The notes below the pieces were generated by a model, which ran no database searches, had not been told where the DNA came from, and worked only from the letters and a program-made list of their open reading frames with translations. A DNA stretch of 28,093 nucleotides from an uncultured Anaerolineaceae bacterium (lineage in GTDB: Bacteria; Chloroflexota; Anaerolineae; Anaerolineales; Villigracilaceae), in NCBI GenBank assembly GCA_964515535.1, contig CAZERH010000002.1, positions 1 through 28,093 of the forward strand, in the 5' to 3' direction. Position 1 is the first letter of the stretch; every line of letters begins with the position of its first letter. Positions 25,989 to 28,093 of this stretch are shown here, piece by piece. Position numbers and translations under genes: made by a program.

Positions 25989-25997
25989 ATTATAGCA
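25989..25997 (-). promoter_or_regulatory. Extended -10 promoter (TG-C-TATAAT) for the AAA-GDPD-dehydratase-GH3 run
   Basis: Consensus match 40 nt upstream of ATG 25949, which has a GAGG SD. Confidence 0.65.
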
Positions 25998-26139
25998 CGA
26001 TGCGAGAAATAATACCTTTGCCTAAAGAAAAAAGGTTGAGTAGGTATGTTCCAAAGGGATGCTTCGCGGAAATTTGATTGACCCCTATAATATCTTTACC
26101 AAAATAATAGTTAAGAGTTCAAGTTTTTCCCGAAAACTA

Positions 26140-26148
26140 TGATATACT
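26140..26148 (+). promoter_or_regulatory. Extended -10 promoter (TG-A-TATACT) for deaD
   Basis: tgatatact, about 280 nt upstream of the deaD ATG and immediately followed by a GNRA hairpin. Confidence 0.55.
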
Positions 26149-26194
26149 ACCGTCCGCTCCGCGAGGAGCTTTTATTCTGGTTTTGGTTTTTTGC

Positions 26195-26223
26195 AACGCC
26201 CGATATTATCGGGCGTTTTTCTT
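26195..26223 (+). terminator. Intrinsic terminator inside the deaD 5' leader
   Basis: aacgcccgat-att-atcgggcgtt followed by tttctt. No plus-strand gene lies upstream for it to terminate. Confidence 0.65.
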
Positions 26224-26425
26224 GCAACAGAATGACTCTTAAATTGGGACGGGTCAACTGTTGAGGAACAGGTGCATCGGCTGAAAAGCCCTTGCTATCA
26301 AGACCCACAATTTACCGCCTTATGGCGAGTTAATCCTTTTCGTTTGGCAATTTCTTAGAAAATTGCTCTGATGATAATGTTATCTCGCACCGAGAATACG
26401 GTATTTACCCAATTTAGGAGATAAA

Positions 26426-28081
26426 ATGTCCACCCAGTTTTCTGATTTAAACCTTCATCCGGAGTTGATGGAGGCTATTGAAAAGCGCGGCTACACCGAG
26501 CCAAGCCCCATTCAGGCGCAAATGATTCCCATCATGCTGACCGGCGCAGATGTTATCGGTCAGGCGCAAACCGGCACGGGTAAAACCGCCGCCTTCGCCC
26601 TCCCTATCCTTCAAAATTTAATTCCCGACCAACGTAAACCGCAGGCGTTAATTCTTTCGCCGACGCGTGAACTTGCTATGCAAGTCGCCAAGTCGATGGA
26701 AGCCTACGGCGCGTATACGAGTGTGCGCGTGCTTGCCATCTACGGCGGCTCTTCCTATGGACGTCAGATTGGTGCGCTCAAACGCGGCGTGGACGTGGTC
26801 GTTGGCACCCCGGGACGTTTGCTTGATCTCTTAAAAAAGAAATCTCTCGATTTGAGCGAGGTGCGTACTCTTGTCCTCGATGAAGCGGACGAGATGTTGA
26901 GTATGGGGTTCATTGATGATATAGAAACCATTCTCGATGCGACTGCGCGTAAACGGCAGGTGGCTCTTTTTTCTGCTACTATGCCGAAGGCGATTCGTAA
27001 GTTGGCAGAGAAATATCTCAACAATCCACAAACGGTCACGATCAAGAAGAAGCAACTTACCGTTGCGGCGATTGAACAACGCTATTATATTGTCAACGAA
27101 CGTGATAAATTTGCCGCTCTAACGCGTCTTTTTGAAGCAGAAGATATGACGCGTACGCTGATTTTTGTCCGCACCCGAGTTGGGACCGGGGAGCTTTCAA
27201 ACGCGCTCGCGGCTCGGGGAATCGCCGCAGAGATGATAAACGGCGACCTCTCTCAGGACGCGCGCGAACGTGTCATGTCCCGTTTTAAAAATAATCGTAT
27301 TCAAGTCCTCGTTGCAACAGATGTTGCCGCGCGCGGGTTGGATATAGATGATATATCCCACGTAGTCAATTACGATTTGCCCGAAGATCCCGAAGTTTTT
27401 GTGCACCGTATTGGGCGCACAGGGCGAGCCGGAAAAGAGGGCGTGGCTATCTCCTTGCTCTCGCCGCGAGATACGCGCATGTTGCGCCGCATTGAGGGCT
27501 ATACCCGCCAAAAGCAGACTAAATCTGAGTTGCCTACCAAAGACGAAATTTTACAAAAACGGCGCGATAAACTAACAGAGCGCATGGAAATTTGGCTCAC
27601 ACGCGGACGTTATAGCAACGAGATGGTGATTGTAGAAAAAATGGTCGCCGCGGGACATGACCCCATGAATGTAGCCGCCGCGGCATTGCGCATTTTGCGT
27701 GAAAAAGATAAAGAGCAGGCGGTTGAGAATATCGGTAAGGTAAACGACTGGAAGTCACACCCGCAACGAAATCATAAAAGACGCAATAAGGGGCGCGGCA
27801 AAAATCGATCGAATGCTAATTTTTCTTCCCGCAAATCACACGAGGCGGGAATGGTACGCCTGAGCCTAGATAAAGGTCGTGCGGATGGCATTCGCCCGGG
27901 GGAAGTAGTGGGGACGCTCGCCTATCACGCTAAAATTTCTGGCAAGGTGATTGGTGCTATCAGTATTCAAGATGATCATACTTTTGTGGATGTGCCGGAG
28001 CAATTTGTGGATAAGGTTTTGGCGAAAAACGGCGATTATCGTTTAAGAGATAAGACGAAGGTGATGGTAGAGAGAGCGTAG
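26426..28081 (+). CDS. deaD: DEAD-box RNA helicase with C-terminal DbpA-type RNA-binding domain (DeaD/CsdA)
   Basis: Q motif, AQTGTGKT, PTRELA, GTPGR, DEAD, SAT, ARGLD, HRIGRTGRAG. C-terminal GIRPGEVVG...IGAISI domain; AGGAG SD. Confidence 0.93.
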   Translation: MSTQFSDLNLHPELMEAIEKRGYTEPSPIQAQMIPIMLTGADVIGQAQTGTGKTAAFALPILQNLIPDQRKPQALILSPTRELAMQVAKSMEAYGAYTSVRVLAIYGGSSYGRQIGALKRGVDVVVGTPGRLLDLLKKKSLDLSEVRTLVLDEADEMLSMGFIDDIETILDATARKRQVALFSATMPKAIRKLAEKYLNNPQTVTIKKKQLTVAAIEQRYYIVNERDKFAALTRLFEAEDMTRTLIFVRTRVGTGELSNALAARGIAAEMINGDLSQDARERVMSRFKNNRIQVLVATDVAARGLDIDDISHVVNYDLPEDPEVFVHRIGRTGRAGKEGVAISLLSPRDTRMLRRIEGYTRQKQTKSELPTKDEILQKRRDKLTERMEIWLTRGRYSNEMVIVEKMVAAGHDPMNVAAAALRILREKDKEQAVENIGKVNDWKSHPQRNHKRRNKGRGKNRSNANFSSRKSHEAGMVRLSLDKGRADGIRPGEVVGTLAYHAKISGKVIGAISIQDDHTFVDVPEQFVDKVLAKNGDYRLRDKTKVMVERA

Positions 28082-28093
28082 AGGTCTGTCAAG

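Noticed and set aside
26232-26264. 10-codon uORF MTLKLGRVNC in the deaD leader
   Set aside because: No SD and no informative codon run; such ORFs arise by chance.
26368-26405. CTGATGA suggesting a hammerhead ribozyme core (or C/D box) in the deaD leader
   Set aside because: No stem II followed by GAAA and no stem I/III arrangement around it; a 7-mer match alone is not evidence.

Overview
Ordinary chromosomal backbone of a bacterium, probably Chloroflexota class Anaerolineae; this is inferred from gene families and repeat types, not from a marker gene. Gene content in order: 5'-truncated fmt; alkaline-phosphatase-superfamily hydrolase; stand-alone cNMP-binding protein; livKHMGF branched-chain amino acid ABC transporter; short AMP nucleosidase; Zn-dependent dehydrogenase; an overlapping minus-strand trio (REC+CpaE/MinD-like regulator, Sir2 deacylase, GAF histidine kinase); trxA; S9 peptidase; CpXC-domain protein; an FHA-winged-helix regulator divergent from a Ser/Thr kinase; a minus-strand run (AAA ATPase, GDPD, Thr/Ser dehydratase, membrane-anchored GH3); and deaD behind a long structured leader. 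I found no rRNA, tRNA, CRISPR array, transposase, integrase or phage gene. Several REP/MITE-like palindromes lie in intergenic regions, one of them nested inside another. The best leads are the sirtuin coupled inside a two-component operon, the deaD leader with an internal terminator, the FHA-wHTH/kinase pair with overlapping promoters, and the GH3 with an altered catalytic motif. All were judged by eye without database searches, so novelty is unverified.
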